From the human T2T-CHM13v2.0 reference genome, Homo sapiens, in the NCBI RefSeq assembly GCF_009914755.1, contig NC_060942.1: a stretch of DNA of 64,000 nt, one strand, 5' to 3'. This document shows, one piece after another, positions 16,453-31,071 of this stretch (position 1 is the stretch's first letter; every line of letters starts with the position of its first letter). The notes below the pieces were generated by a model, which was not told the origin of the DNA, made no database searches, and saw only the letters and a list, made by a program, of their open reading frames with translations. Both the position numbers and the translations under genes were made by a program.

Positions 16453-16721
16453 CAGAGTTTCCTCAGAGTTGCTTTAAGCTATAGTTTAGAAATTACAGGC
16501 CAGTATTTGTCAAATTCCTCTATTCTGTAGGTATTTGAGTATAATTCCTCCTGTTATTGACCTAAGATGTAATGCATTCAAATAGAATAGAATATGAAGA
16601 ATTCAAAAACTGAGATATTAACTTCTTGTTTTCCACAGAATTAATTCATTTACAAAGTTTAATTGTTGTGCTTTGAAAATTGAATATGGTACTCTTCTGT
16701 CTTTTTTTCCGAGGTTCTTCT

Positions 16722-17085
16722 TTTATTATTTTTTTAAAATTTTAATTAGTGTGAATACATAACAGGTGTACATATTTATGGGGTACATGTGATATTTTGA
16801 TTCAAGCATACAATGTGTAGTGATCAAAGCAGGATAATGGAGACATTCATCACCTCAAGCATTTATCATTTCTTTCTATTAGGAACATTCCAATTCCACT
16901 CTTTTAGTTACTTTGAAATATGCAGCAAATTATTGTTAAGAATAGTCACTCTATTCTGTTACTGAACACCAGATCTTATTACTTCTATCTAACTGTATTT
17001 TTCGACCCATTAAACAACCCCTTCTCCCCTCCCCTCACTACTGCCCTTCCCAGACTTTGGTAACCATCATTCTACTTTTCTCTTT
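16722..17085 (-). mobile_element. L1MA (MA3/4-like) 3' end
   Basis: gtacatatttatggggtacatgtgatattttga...catcacctcaagcatttatcatttc...ggtaaccatcattctact. Confidence 0.85.
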
Positions 17086-18094
17086 CATTAAAGGTTTGCT
17101 GTAACAATGAGCTATTTATGCCAGTTTTGCTATTTATCCATGCATGATTTTTAGCTATTTGTCTTAAAACCGTATACACTGTGTGATAGAGTGTTGATTT
17201 GCAGTAGCTGACACATTGCAGGAGTGTCATTAAACACTGAAACCAGGATAAATATTTGAAGAGTTAAATGTTTGAGGTTTGTTTTATGGTTTGGGACAAC
17301 TTACTTGTATTTGTATCTGCAAACTCCAATTGTACATTGAAGTTATCAATATGAGAAGTGACAACATTCAGTTATGATTTTAAAATGTCTAGAAAATTAA
17401 TTTAGCCAAATAAATGTCGCATCCTGTCATTCTACCTTGTGATGAAAGAGTTCTGAGAAGCTGATGGGAATACACGGCATTAATTTCAGTGTCTGTAATG
17501 CATATAGCTTTTCATAACAATTGTAACAATAATAAACTTCAACTTAATATAACTGTAAATAATAAACTTCAATTTAGTTATTTCAATACACTATCTTTCT
17601 GTTTTTCTTCCATCTTTTCTACCCTGTAAGGCATCTTTTTTTTATATAAAAATATATGATTCTTGGTTGATAAGACATTTATAGAGTCACATAACAATAT
17701 AAAGCTTGGGATTTAGGGGAAAGCCAGGCTAAAAAGTTATAAGGGAATTAAAAAGTTTATGACATTAACCACTAATGGTGGTTGACATTAACCATTAATT
17801 CTCTCAGGAATGAGTTGCTTGAACTACATTCTTCAGAAATGTAATGAGAAATCTAAAAATCATTGTGATCAGAAAATAAAGAAAAATGATAATGAAGTGT
17901 TTGTGTAAGGCCAAATAATGTATCAATAATCATCCACTTTGAACCAGAATCCCCAGTAAGACTAGTGCCTCTAAATGGAAATATAGAAATAAAGAAGGGG
18001 ACATCACAAAATTGGTGAAAGTTACAAACTTGTGTTGGAACACGTTTGGCGTGGAATAGCCTAGTAGAAAATTTACTTTTATATTTATGTAATT

Positions 18095-18222
18095 ACTATA
18101 TTTTAGATATGGGGTTTCCTTATGTTTCCCAGGGTGGTGGTCTCTAATTTCTGGGCTTGAGCAATTCTCCCACCTCAGTCTCCAGAGTGGCTGAGATTGC
18201 AGCCTGAGCCAATGTGACCAGC
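18095..18222 (-). mobile_element. FLAM/Alu monomer
   Basis: Single diverged Alu arm: tatgtttcccagggtgg...ctgggcttgagcaattctcccacctcagtctcc. Confidence 0.75.
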
Positions 18223-18481
18223 ATGGTAGATATTTAAATATGAAGCTGAATTGGACTTAGGAGAGGTATCAGGGCTGGAGGTACTGTTTTATGGGCAACT
18301 TTGTTAATTCGTAGGAACAGGAGAAGGGTCTACTTAGAGGTAGACTTGCCATTTTTCAAGAGACAAACTCCCATCATGGGAGTGCTACTTACAAGGGGCC
18401 TCTCCGTTTGTTATTGTCCTTATAACACCAGCCCCAGGAGACCAAATAGGCCAATTATATAATTTATAATAAGAATTCCTG

Positions 18482-18909
18482 TGATGTTCCCCTTCCTGTG
18501 TCCATGTGTTCTCATTGTTCAATACCCACCTATGAGTGAGAACATGCAGTGTTTGGTTTTTTGTTCTTGCAATACTTTGCTGAGAATGATGGTTTCCAGT
18601 TTCATCCATGTCCCTACAAAGGACATGAACTCATCATTTTTTATGGCTGCATAGTATTCCATGGTGTATATGTGCCACATTTTCTTAATCCAGTCTATCG
18701 TTGTTGGACATTTGGGTTGGTTCCAAGTCTTTGCTACTGTGGGGTGGGGGGAGGGGGGAGGGATAGCATTAGGAGATATACCTAATGCTAAATGACGAGT
18801 TAATGGTGCAGCACACCAGCATGGCACATGTATATATATGTAACAAACCTGCACATTGTGCACATGTACCCTAAAACTTAAAGTATAATAATAATAAAAT
18901 TAAAAAAAA
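18482..18909 (+). mobile_element. L1PA3/4-like insertion, 5'-truncated with 5' inversion (twin priming)
   Basis: 18482-18737 is antisense L1 (ORF2 end/3'UTR). 18738-18909 is sense 3'UTR plus poly-A. 11-bp TSD aagaattcctg at 18471-18481 and 18910-18920. Confidence 0.93.
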
Positions 18910-19029
18910 AAGAATTCCTGCCACAACTTCTCTTTAAAAATGAGAGAGAAAGAAAAAAATATTATTACGGGCTTAATGAACAAAAATTTAGAACATGAGA
19001 AAATGGATAATTTAAGGGTTGAGTGAAAA

Positions 19030-20695
19030 TAAGCTGTGTCACCATGCTGTACATTAAGTCTTTAGAACTTTTTAATCTTATAACTGCAAGTTTATGCCCT
19101 TTGACCAACATCACCCCATCCCCGTCCCCACCCCCAGTTCCTGGCAATCACCATTCTATTCTGTTTCTCAGTTTGACTTTTCAATACTCTAAATATAAGT
19201 GGAATCCTACAGTATTTGTCTTTCTGTTTCTCATTTACTTCATTTAAAGTAAATCTTTCAGACTTACCCATGTTGTCACAAAGGACATAATTTTTCATTT
19301 TAATCCTAAATGTTTCCTTTTTTGTATATACACACACACACTCATATATACAATATATGTATATGTAGTTTGTGTGTGTGTGTGTGTGTCTGTGTGTCAC
19401 ATTTACTTTATCCATTTGTCTGTTAACAGACACAGGTTGATTCTATATCTTGGTTCATGTGAATAACCCTGTAACATACATGACTGCAGCTATTTCTTTG
19501 ACATACTGATTTTATTTCCTCTGGATACATATACAGACAGCTAGATCATTCAACGCATGTTATAGTTTGGCTTTTTTGTAATAGCCATCCTTACAGGTTT
19601 GAAGTTATACCTCATTATGGTTTTCATTTGCATTGCATCATCTTTTCATATATTTGTTGGTTATCTGTACATCTTCTTTGGAAACATGACTATTCAGGTC
19701 CTTTGCTCAATTTTTAGTTTTTTGTTGTTGTTGTTTGTTTTGCTATTAAGTTGCAGGAGTTTCTTATATATTTTGGAAGCTAGCTCCCATCAGATATATA
19801 GTTTACAAATATCAGATAGCTTCTCCCATTCCACAGTGTTATGTTTTCAATTTGTTGATTGCTTCCTTTGCTATGTGGAAACTTTTTTAGATTGACACAA
19901 TTCCACTTGTTTATTTTTGTTTTCGTTGCCTGTGCTTTTAGTGTCATATACAAAAATTTATTGCCAAGACCAGTATCAAGGAGCTTTCCTCCTATATTTT
20001 ATTCTAGAATTTTTACAGTTTCAAGTCTTATCTTTCAAGTTCTTAACAATTTTCAGGATTTTTGCATATGATGAAAGGCTCCAATTTCATTAGTTTGCGC
20101 ATGTATTCCAGTTTTCACACCACCGTTTATTGACGAGACTATCTTTCCCAATTATCCACTCCTGGTGCATTCATCGGAGATCAATTGATGCTAAATGTGT
20201 AAGTTGATTTCTGGGCTCTATTTCATTATATGTGTCTATGTGTCAGTTTTTATGGCAGTAACACATTGTTTTGATTACTATAGCTTTGTGATGTAATTTA
20301 TAATCAGAATATGTGATGCTCCAGCTTTGGTCTTTCTCAGCATTGCTTTGGTTATTCAGGGACTTTGGTGGTTCTATAAAAATCTTAAGTTTTTTTTCTA
20401 TTGTATTTATGCAAAAAATGCCATTGTAATTGGATAGAGATAGCATTGAATCTGTAGATTGCTTTGAGTAGTATGGACATTTTAACGATAGTGGTTATTT
20501 TAATCCATGTGATTAAATGTGAGATGTCTTTCCATTATTTGTCTTCAGTTAATTTCATCAATGTTTCATCATTTTCAGTATATGGATCTTTTGCTTCCTT
20601 GATTAAATTTATTCTTTATTATCTTATCCTTTTTGATGCTGTTATAGAAGGAGTGGCTTTGTTAATTTCTATTTAAGTTAGTCATTAGTGTATAG
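19030..20695 (-). mobile_element. L1MA (MA8/9-like) 3'UTR and ORF2 3' part
   Basis: gtcaccatgctgtacatt...ctttgaccaacatc, then antisense ORF2 motifs (ttgattactatagctttg, gcattgaatctgtagattgctttgagtagtatggacatttt). Confidence 0.85.
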
Positions 20696-21914
20696 GTTTA
20701 TTATTCTGTAATATAAACTTTGAAGGTGAATAAATGAAACCAGAACCCTCTAAATTATATAGAGATCTTTCTGTTTTCAATTCAGTATTTTTAGTTTCTA
20801 CTACTGTGGAATTTAATAATAAACATCATGACTTTATTATATTTTTTACCTATGCATATTCTTACAAAAGTTGTAGTTATTTAATTCATTGTCACCTTTC
20901 CACTGTATACTTATCTGATGTTTACTTAACTTCAATTTTTATTATCAATATTTTTCTATCTTTAACATCTCATTCTTTATTTATTACATTTGATTTATCA
21001 TTTATTGATTTGAATTTGAGTAATGATCTTCTAGTTGGTTACTAAGCTTAAATATTTTCTATGTGAAAATTATTTTCAATAATTTGACTTTAGCTAGATG
21101 CATTATTCTTGAAACAGAAACTTTTCATTTTTAGAATCTTTATATTTTGAGGTCGAGAAATCTGAGATTGTTCAGATTTTTGTTTTTTTTGAGATGAATT
21201 TAACCTTTGTATTCTGTTTTTGAGGCTTGAAACTTTCTTTTTATGGTATAAGTTCAGAGATGTTATCAATTTTATTGAAGCTTATATAAGTTTTAATAAA
21301 TTTATCATTGAGTTTATTTTAGCCCCTTCAAGTTTCATATTCAAAGTGTATAGTTAGAAAATGAAATGTTTTCCCTAACATTTTAACTGCTAACTCCCCT
21401 CTCCAACTTGTTCTGTTTTCTGAATTACCAATACCTATTTGTGTTGCCCTGGACATGCTGTGACATCAACTTCTACCATGCTCTCATCCTTTTAGCTTTC
21501 TTATTTACCTCCATTTCTAGAATGCTTCTCAATTTTGTCCTAGACATTACTGATAAATATTTCTGTATGCCCAAGCTCACTAGGTGCAACTAATGGTCAT
21601 GATGTCTAAAGAATAAAGTTGTTTTAGTTGCCTATTCAAAAATTCAACCCTAACGCCATTCCCTAGAACAACTTATCCTCTTTTGTCCTTTATTTTACTT
21701 TATTTAAAAAATATCACCTTTAAATGTCCTATATATTTTAAATGTTTTATTTTCAACTGCCCCCCTAAAAATGTAAGGCATTGAGAGGTGGAATTGTGCT
21801 CATTTTATTCACTGCTGTTACCTAACTTCTTAGAATGGTGCCAATAATGAAGCTTAAAATGTATTATTTCATCATGTTCTATTCTGATTTAAGGGGTGCC
21901 GTTGTATTTTATTT

Positions 21915-23975
21915 TTTATTTTTGTTTAAATAGACTTTATTTTTAAAGCCTGTTTTATTTTTAAAATATTTTTGATTTACTGAAAACTTGAGATATAACA
22001 CAGAGTTCTCATATATCTCACATTCAATTTTTCTATTATTAACAGCTCACATTCATGTGGTATGTTGGCAATATTTGTTTACTCAAAATCAATGCATTAG
22101 TTTCTAACAAAAGCCTATAGCATAGGCACATGTGCTTGGTTTTTATCTAATGTTCTTTTGCTGTTCCATTATCTCATCTGGTTTCCCATATACCTATGGC
22201 TGTTGTGTCTCCTTAAGCTCCTCTTGGCTATGACAGTTTCTCAGATTGTCCTTGTTTTCAATGCCCTTGGCAGTTTTCTGGAGGACTGGTCAGTGTCTTC
22301 AGAATATTTGACAAATGGAGTTTGTTTAATGTTTTTTTTCACACGATTAGGCTGGGGTTATGGATTTCAGGGAGAAACCTGACAAACGCTATTGTCCAGT
22401 TGCCCTTTTTAGTTGCTCTTTACAAGTTTCTATTCCTTGAAGATGGAATGTATACATGAATTAATTCTAAGAGAGGCTTATCTTTTCTCCTGGCATTAAT
22501 TTACAATTTATTTATTTCACTATAGCTCATGGATGGTTATTTTATGCTTTGGGTACAGATAACAGTATTGTCTTGTTTGTTGTGTTTCTCAAATTGTTTC
22601 AGTTTTGTGGGAGTTTGGAGTTTTATTGTTTGTTTGTTTGTTTCAGTTTGTTACTTTCTGGCACTACAAGGTGCTCCAGGCTCATCTTTTATATTTCCCA
22701 CCCATGCTCTAGAATTGGTCATTTATTTCATGAGCTCTGGTTCCTTATATTAAAAAAGTGAAGGAAACTAAGATCTGCTGGGTGTGCTTGTTATTCTTAG
22801 GAATTTATAGTTTCTAGGCCCTCTTAACTGACATAATACGGGAACATGTGATTATAATAACCCAGGCATATACACATATTTATAAGTTTTTCTATTTAAC
22901 CATCTGAAGCTATGTTAGGCCTAACTTTAGTTCATAGCAATGTTTCCAACCATAATACCTTACCACCTGGATCATTCTAGCCTCCTCATATTGCTAATCA
23001 GTAAATTCTCACTCCAACAGCTCCCACCACTCACTGCCTATTTGATTAATTGCTTAATTTTAGACACACGTATAGCAGTTTCAGAATTACTAACCCAGAT
23101 CCCTGGTGGATATTACTTTTGAAATGAGAATACAGTGCTTAGGAACAGTTCCTTCTCCATTTTTATACATACATTTCTAAAATGACTTAGGTCAGCATAT
23201 TTCCCTCCACCTTCTTTGGGGATACCTTTTCATAAATTTGTAATATAGTTTGATCATCTTGTTAGAATCTACATTCCTTCCTGAGAGCCTCTGACCTCCT
23301 AAATGGTTTTCTTTAATTGAATACATGATGGTTCATTCTTTGCGCTGTGAAGGTCTATAAGTTTTGACAACGCCTAATATCATATATCTACAATTACAGT
23401 ATCATGGAGAATAGTTATCCTGCTCTGAAAATTCCCTCTGCTTCACATAGTCATCCTTCATCCCCTCCCTCTTAGAAACCATCTTTCTATAGTGTCTATA
23501 GTTTTGTCTTTTCTAGAATGAGACATATTTGGAATCATACATTATGTAAACTTTCCAGATTGATTTATTTAACTGAGCAATGAGCACTTAAGCTTCCTCC
23601 GTGTCTTTTTATGACTTAATGGCTAATTTCTTTTCATTGCTGAAATAATATTTCATTGTATGAACGTACCAGGTTTTTAAAAAATCCATTTACCTAAAAG
23701 AATATGTTGATTGCTTTCAGTCTTTGGTGATTAAGAATAAAGCTGCTAAAACATTTCACCTGCAAGTTTTGGTGTGAACAAAGATTTCAATCAATTGCAT
23801 ATATATCCCAAAGTACAATTGCTAGATAGTATGGTAAGACTCGTTCACCATTATAAGAAACTGCTTCACTCTTTCAGGGTGGCTGTGGCACTGCACCTTC
23901 ACTCAAGCAATGGATGAGTTTCTATATCTCCACATTACTGCCACCATTTCATATTGTTGTTGTGGATTTGAGCCT
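21915..23975 (-). mobile_element. L1MC/MD-type long 3'UTR and ORF2 end
   Basis: aatagactttatttttaaagc...cagagttctcatata, ctcttggctatgacagtttctcaga, ggcactacaaggtgctccaggctcatc, gaataaagctgct. Confidence 0.75.
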
Positions 23976-25000
23976 ACCCAATTGGTGTGTGTGTTTTGTA
24001 GATCTTTGTCCCTTTCTTCCACTCTTCTTGTTTGCATCTATGAACCAGTGGTTTTCTGTGATGCTAAGCTTTGTTTCATTTTTCTTTTTTGTTTGCATGT
24101 CTGCAGTAATTTGTTTCTTTCTGGTTACCATGAGTCTAACATAAAGAATATTGGATCTGCAATAGACTTGTTTTTTAAACTGATAATAACATTACTCACA
24201 TAAGAATATTCTAGACTTTTTCTCTACCCCCATAATTTATATTTTTGTTGCCTTAATTTACATCTTTATCTATTTTGTTTTTATTAGCTGCTAATATTAG
24301 CTGTTGTTATTTTTGACCATTTCGACTTTCAACCTTCATACTGCAGAAATTTAAGATTTACATAGCACCAAACATCACTGGAGTATTCCAACTTTGATTT
24401 ATAAATTCAACTCTACTAATGAGTTTTATACTTGCACATGTTTTCATTTTAGTATTTATTTATTTATACTTTCAGTTGCAGCATTCTCTTAAGCACTTTT
24501 TGTACGACTGGTCTAGTGGTGATGAATTCCCTCAGATTCTGCTTGTCCAGGTAGTTCTTTATTTCCCCTTCATTTCTAAAGGATAACTTTGCTAGATCTA
24601 GTATTGGTGGTAGTTTTTTGTTTTGGGGGAGTTCTTTGAGCACAGTGAGTATATCATCCCATTCTCTTCAGGCTTGCCAGGTTTCTGCTAAGAAATCTCC
24701 TAATCATTTGATGGGGGATTCCATTTTCTGTGACTTGACTTTTTTCCCTTGCAGCTTTTAGAGTTCTCTTTGTCTTTGACAGTTTGATTAAAATGTGCCT
24801 TAAAGAGTTTCTTTTTGGGTTGAATCTAATCAAAGTTCTTTCAGCTTCCTGAATCTGGATGTTCACATCTGTCCCAAGACTTGTGAAATTTTCAGCTATT
24901 ATTTTATGAAATATATTTTCTGTGCTCTTATCCCTCTGTTTTCCTACCGAATTACTATAATGCAAACATTTAATAGCATCGCATAAATCCTTTAACAGAG
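23976..25000 (-). mobile_element. L1M ORF1 / inter-ORF fragment
   Basis: ORF 24654..24965(-) reads ...IIAENFTSLGTDVNIQIQEAERTLIRFNPKRNSLRHILIKLSK...LKAAREK, an L1 ORF1p remnant. Confidence 0.85.
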
Positions 25001-26289
25001 GATTTTTCTGTTTCTCTTCTCAATTCTTGCAGGTTACTCAGCTTCACTTATTCAAATTTTCAGTTATTGGGAGTATCTGTAGTTGTGCTGATACATGCAT
25101 GAGTGGTTTATTTCATGACACTGAGTTTAACAAAGTTTGTCCCTGAATGTGGTTCACTGGCAATTTTGAAACCCAGGCCCAGACAGGGAGAAAGAACACA
25201 AAAGACTGATCAGTATTTCACAAACATTAACATACTTAAATGCACTTCAATAGGAGGGTGTTAGGACTTTCTATTTGAGAATTCACAACCTAGCTTGAAG
25301 ATATTTTGTACTTTATTAAAAGATATAATATTTTAAATATATTTAGTTATAAAGCAACTCCTGAGTTGAAGAAAGCTCAAAACAATATAGGAAAAAAAAT
25401 ACATTTTTAAGAGAGATGGTATTATGAAAATGAAATGGGATATTGTTTGAATTCTCACTATGTCACCAGCTATTTTATATTTTGCAATAAATGCAATGCA
25501 CTGACTGCTCAGTCATTTCCAATGTTATTCAAATTCTGATCTCAATCAACATAATTTTTAAAAATTAGGATGATACATAAGTACAATAAAACTCTTGATT
25601 GGAGAAAAACATTTTGTGTATTATATGTTAAAGTGAAGATATAAAATAGCATTTCCTGAATTGTGGTAACAAGGCCAATATATTTTGATACTTTTAATAT
25701 GTTACTAACAAATGTTGAAAACAAGGTAAGCCAATTAAGAAAACTGAAACACTTACATCAATTGACCAAAAGCAATCAATGAGCTAGAAAGAAACCATTA
25801 CCACAACTTCCCACATGGGGCAGATTAACAATGAAGTGACATCTGAAGAGATTTAAAACATTCTACAACAGACTAATAACAGTTAAGGTCTTATAATACA
25901 TATTGGTTTGGCTGTTTCAGCATAATCACAATACAGATTTTAATCAAACTTGGTTACTTACAAATTATTTTGTTTGAATGCAGCTTTATAAAATGAATCT
26001 GCCAAGTAAATAAAATAAAATTAAAATCCAGGCAGAAGAAGGGATTTAACATTGTGGCATTTCTTTTTATTTCAGGTTAATACTGAGAGGAGAAAATAAG
26101 GCATCTGAGAAAATTATTTAAAATAATAATCTAAAAAATTCTCATGGTTTCTTAACAGCTAGTGATTTTCCCTTGGGGAACAATTATAGTCCTGTAAGCA
26201 GAGGGTATTCTAGGAATGATTATTGAGATTTGGAAGGGAACATACTACTAGAGATAGTAAAACAGCAAAACTAATCTAAAATGTCAGTA

Positions 26290-26652
26290 CAGACAGTCCC
26301 TGATTTATGATTTGACTTACAATTTTTCAACTTTATGATAATATGAAAGTGATACACATTCAGTAGAACTCATACTTCAAATACCCATACAACCTTTCAG
26401 TTTTTCACTTTCAGTAGAGTATTCAATAAATTACTTGACATAGTCAACACATTGTTATAAAATAGGTTTTGTGGTGGATGATTTTGCCCAACTGTAAGCT
26501 AATGTAAGTGTTCTGAGCGCGTCTAAGGTCGGGCTGAGATAAGCTGTGATGTTTGGTGGGTTGAGAGTATTAAATGTATTTTGACTGATGGTATTTTCAA
26601 CTTGTGGTGGTTTTACTGGAACATAACATCATTGTAAGTTGAGGAGCATTTG
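26290..26652 (-). mobile_element. MER47A-like Tigger (Tc1/mariner) MITE, complete
   Basis: Termini cagacagtccctgatttatga ... cattgtaagttgaggagcatttg. Internal gatgattttgcccaactgtaagctaatgtaagtgttctgagc. TA duplication on both sides. Confidence 0.88.
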
Positions 26653-27948
26653 TATTTATTTTATTCGGGGAAAGCTTAAGACAGTTTATTCACAATGGTA
26701 AACTACATTCTTGGTGGTACTAGAAAGAAAAACAATCCTTTTCTGATGGCATTTGCAACTGGAAATAACGAATCCTTTAAGCTTCAGAGACTGGTGTAAG
26801 AGGAAATGGGTTTTATGCCCCGAGGTCCAAAGCCTGAGTTAATCTAATGACCACACATTCCATTTTTATGTAGAATGTTTCAGAGTGCAATGTATTTTTC
26901 TTTTTTCCATCTTCTAAAATCTCTAGAATGGGAATTAATAAGTTAGTCTTGAATTACAACTGAATTACTTTTCAGAATATTTGCATGTCTATAAATACAA
27001 TTTTCTTGACTGACAAGATTTTGAGTATATTTTAAAATATCATATCTTGAACGTTTTGAAAATGTCCAATTTCAAATATACGTAGACCATATCAGTTCTT
27101 ATTAAACCAAATCGTCATTTAGTATGATCTAATTACGAGGCCTGTTGTAAACTCCCAGTCTTACGAATAGTAAAATTGTGCTTAGCCCGTCTCCTTTAAA
27201 CAGATATTTTGAGTAAACTGCGGCTTTCCATTTTCATATGCAGAATTATCAAGACCCGCAAGTTTATTTCTAGTACTTTGTACATCTTTGCTTGCAGAAG
27301 ATGAACTATCAGTCTCTTACTAGCCATTGTATTCTCCTACCACTTTCTACCAGTTATACTTATTATTTTAATTTTGATTATTATATGTGGTAGTACAATG
27401 TAAGTGTAAAACATAATTCTATGAAAACTAACCTGACTGGTCTAGAAAAACTTAACTAAATTAGGTAGGTAATTTTGTTGTTAAATGTAAATAACTAAAA
27501 GATGTATTTAGATTGTTTCACAAGGCCCTTGTCACTTCTCTTTAAATAAACTGAAATTGGAAATTACTATTGATATACTTGATGTAAAAACAAAATCAAA
27601 AACAAAAGGCAACCTAGAACTTGTCTTAACTGCAAAACTACCAAAATTTTAATTTGATATATCCCACCTACTTTGAAAATTACCTAAGATGCAATATTAT
27701 TTATTTATTCATTCATTATTTTTTTTTTACTATCCTCTATGTTACATGAGTTCTTCTAGTTATTGAAAAAATCAAGAGTAAGTAAAAACAATGATCTGAT
27801 ATCAAAAAGCTCAAAGTGTAGTTGGAGATAGACATATTTTATATTTTAAGTAGTTCTTCAGAAGAAAATGAGTGTTTTGGGGAACAATCAAAAAGCTATT
27901 AACTCCCTTTATTGTTCTTGGTTTAAAACCAAAGGGATATGTACATAG

Positions 27949-28268
<320 letters not shown>

Positions 28269-28524
28269 CCACAGTGAGATAAATCATCTTCAATATGTTT
28301 TGAATAATTGGTTAAACTATTCAAAATATTCAGATAGCAAATGAATATTTAATATTTCATGAGTTAGGCATAATTTGAGGAATCACTGATGTTTGATAAA
28401 GTATAATTGGTATATATTATGTGTATATCATCTGTAATTATTCCTAAAATCATTAGCATATAATCTAAGTAAACCTGGTCTTTTATTTGTTTCACAGACT
28501 AACTGATGATGAGACAAATATTTC

Positions 28525-28620
28525 ATTTTATTTTTGTTACAAGGTCTTGCTCTGTCACTCAAGCTAGAGTGCAATGGCATGATCATAGCTCACTGCAGCC
28601 CTGAACTCCTGGGTTCAAGA
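28525..28620 (-). mobile_element. AluJ/FLAM fragment
   Basis: aggtcttgctctgtcac...gatcatagctcactgcagccctgaactcctggg. Confidence 0.8.
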
Positions 28621-29144
28621 ACATTTTAATTTTTAAAAATAACATGAGAACAAAAATGTTTGAACTTAATATAAGGCTATTTTTAGGGTGAATGAGACAT
28701 GTTATAAAAAATGTTCTAAAACAACAGTGAGAAAAACTACATAAAGTTGTCACGATTATTCCATATCAAGATATTTAAAACTATCTGGAAAGGATTTAAT
28801 TATACAGTTTGGCTCTTACTTAGACAGGGAAATACCTCATTACTCAGCACTGCATCAAAAGGATGAGATTGACTCCAAGTGTTTTCCTCAAGGGCTTGGA
28901 GAGCAGCCAAAAATACACAGTCCTAAATGTAAAGCAGAGTTTATCACATAAAGAAATTTTCAAGAAAAGTAATATTGAAAAAGAAAGAATGTTAAGATGA
29001 AAATAGAGCATTAGGGAAATTTTTAATAGATCGTTCTATGGATTTTCCTGTGGTCTTTGCCCTGGTCCCTTTAGTTGGCAACATATGGGTAGCCTCAGAG
29101 AAGATTGCTATGACAATACAGAGAGAAACAAGATGCTCATTTTT

Positions 29145-29462
29145 AGTTATTTTATTTCATTTTTAATTTTTTTGTGAGACGGGATCTCACCCTGTCCCCG
29201 TCTGGAGTACACTGGTGTAACAATGACTCACTGCAGCCTCGACTTCCTGGGCTTCAGCAATCCTCCCACCTCAGCCTCCCTAGTAGTTGGGACTACAGGG
29301 AAGCACCACCATGCTCTGCTAAATTTTCATTTTTTTTTCTTTTGTAGAGACTAGGTCTTGCTATGTTGTCCAGTCTGGTTGTGAACTCCTGGAACCAAGT
29401 GGTCCTCCCTCCTCAGCCTCCCAAAATGTTGGGATTACAGGTGTGAGTCATGGCATCTGGCC
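29145..29462 (-). mobile_element. AluJo
   Basis: Full reverse Alu with J diagnostics (cactgcagcctcgacttcctgggc, ggtcttgctatgttgtccag). Confidence 0.9.
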
Positions 29463-29577
29463 TAAATTTTACTTTTAATTTAAAAAGAGACACAGACATA
29501 AGGTATAAAGATTTGGGAGAATACCCCAAAACCTGCTTTCCCTCATAGAGGGATAAAGTCAGAGCCTTCTAGGAGCC

Positions 29578-29783
29578 CGCAGGCCAGCAAACCAAAGCCC
29601 ACGGGCCAGACACAGCCTGCAGACTGTTTTTGTGACTAAAGTTTCACTGGAAAACTTTCATTCTTTTATTCATGACTGCATTCACACTCCAGTGGCAGAG
29701 TCGAGTAGAGTAGCTGCGACGAGACTACAAAGTTGAAACTATCTCCCAGCTGATCCTTTGCAGAAAAAGTTTGCCACCCACTG
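29578..29783. mobile_element. MER58A-like hAT-Charlie MITE
   Basis: gccagcaaac...gcccacgggcca...tgtttttgt..taaagtttcactggaa...cctttgcagaaaaagtttgcca. Confidence 0.8.
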
Positions 29784-30727
29784 GCCTAGACTGTGGTGGA
29801 TCCCTGAGGAAAAGCCCCAGGCCCTTCTCTGCCCTTCCTGTCCCATGCCAGATCCCAAAGGGAAGGCTGTGGGTGAAACATTCAAGAGGCTTGGAGATTT
29901 AAGACTCAAGGAGTCAGAACAGGTCTGGAAGATCAAGCTGTTTTGGTTTCACATATTTGGGCTGTCTAGGCTGCTGGTTGCGAGACTGTCTTACTATTTG
30001 TGCATTATCCAAGAAGTACAGGGAGCAGTGGTACATTTACCTATTCATGTACTATCATAATGGGCATAAAGGACCTTAAAGGATCTCCCTGAGCTTCTCT
30101 TGGGTATGAAGTGGCATAGGAAAGCAGTCAGATGTTTCCTGGAAATCCAAGAAAGATTCAAATATAGTCAGGAATGGAAAACAAAGGAACAACAAGTTGT
30201 ATGAGGGGAAGCCAATATCCATAGGATACAGGTACACATGTGATTGGATGTTTACTCCAGCAGCTGACACTCAGTGGCAGCTTGCCCTCCTCCAATGGGA
30301 ACGGTGGCTCTCATCAGTCCCCATCGCCACTGTAGGGACATCATGTACAAACCCAGAGGCCTGTGAGACCCTGAACAGGCTGATAGGATCTTCAGTTTGC
30401 AGAGATAACTGAGAAACGTGTCTATCATTTAGGAGCCATTTTAGCTTTAAACAAGGTTCAGTGGTACTTTTAGGGTTTGAGGAACCTCTAGTCATCTTAA
30501 AATTACCCTGTGTCCATTCCCATGGCCAGGCCTGTGCTCTTTCCAAACCCAAGATCTGTGTTCCCATGAGACCAGTCAAAGTTGTGATTTGGCCTTAGTG
30601 ATGATACAGCCACCCCTGGGATCAACATTTGAGTTTGACTATTTGCCATCTGACCTGTGTCCTAGAATCAATAACATTTGTTTAACACAAACATCACCAT
30701 ATTGTTGTTTTCTGTCTGTGCTTTTAG

Positions 30728-31071
<344 letters not shown>

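Noticed and set aside
23976-25000. Inverted similarity to 54300-55260 as a segmental inversion or duplication
   Set aside because: Explained by two independent related L1M copies in opposite orientation.
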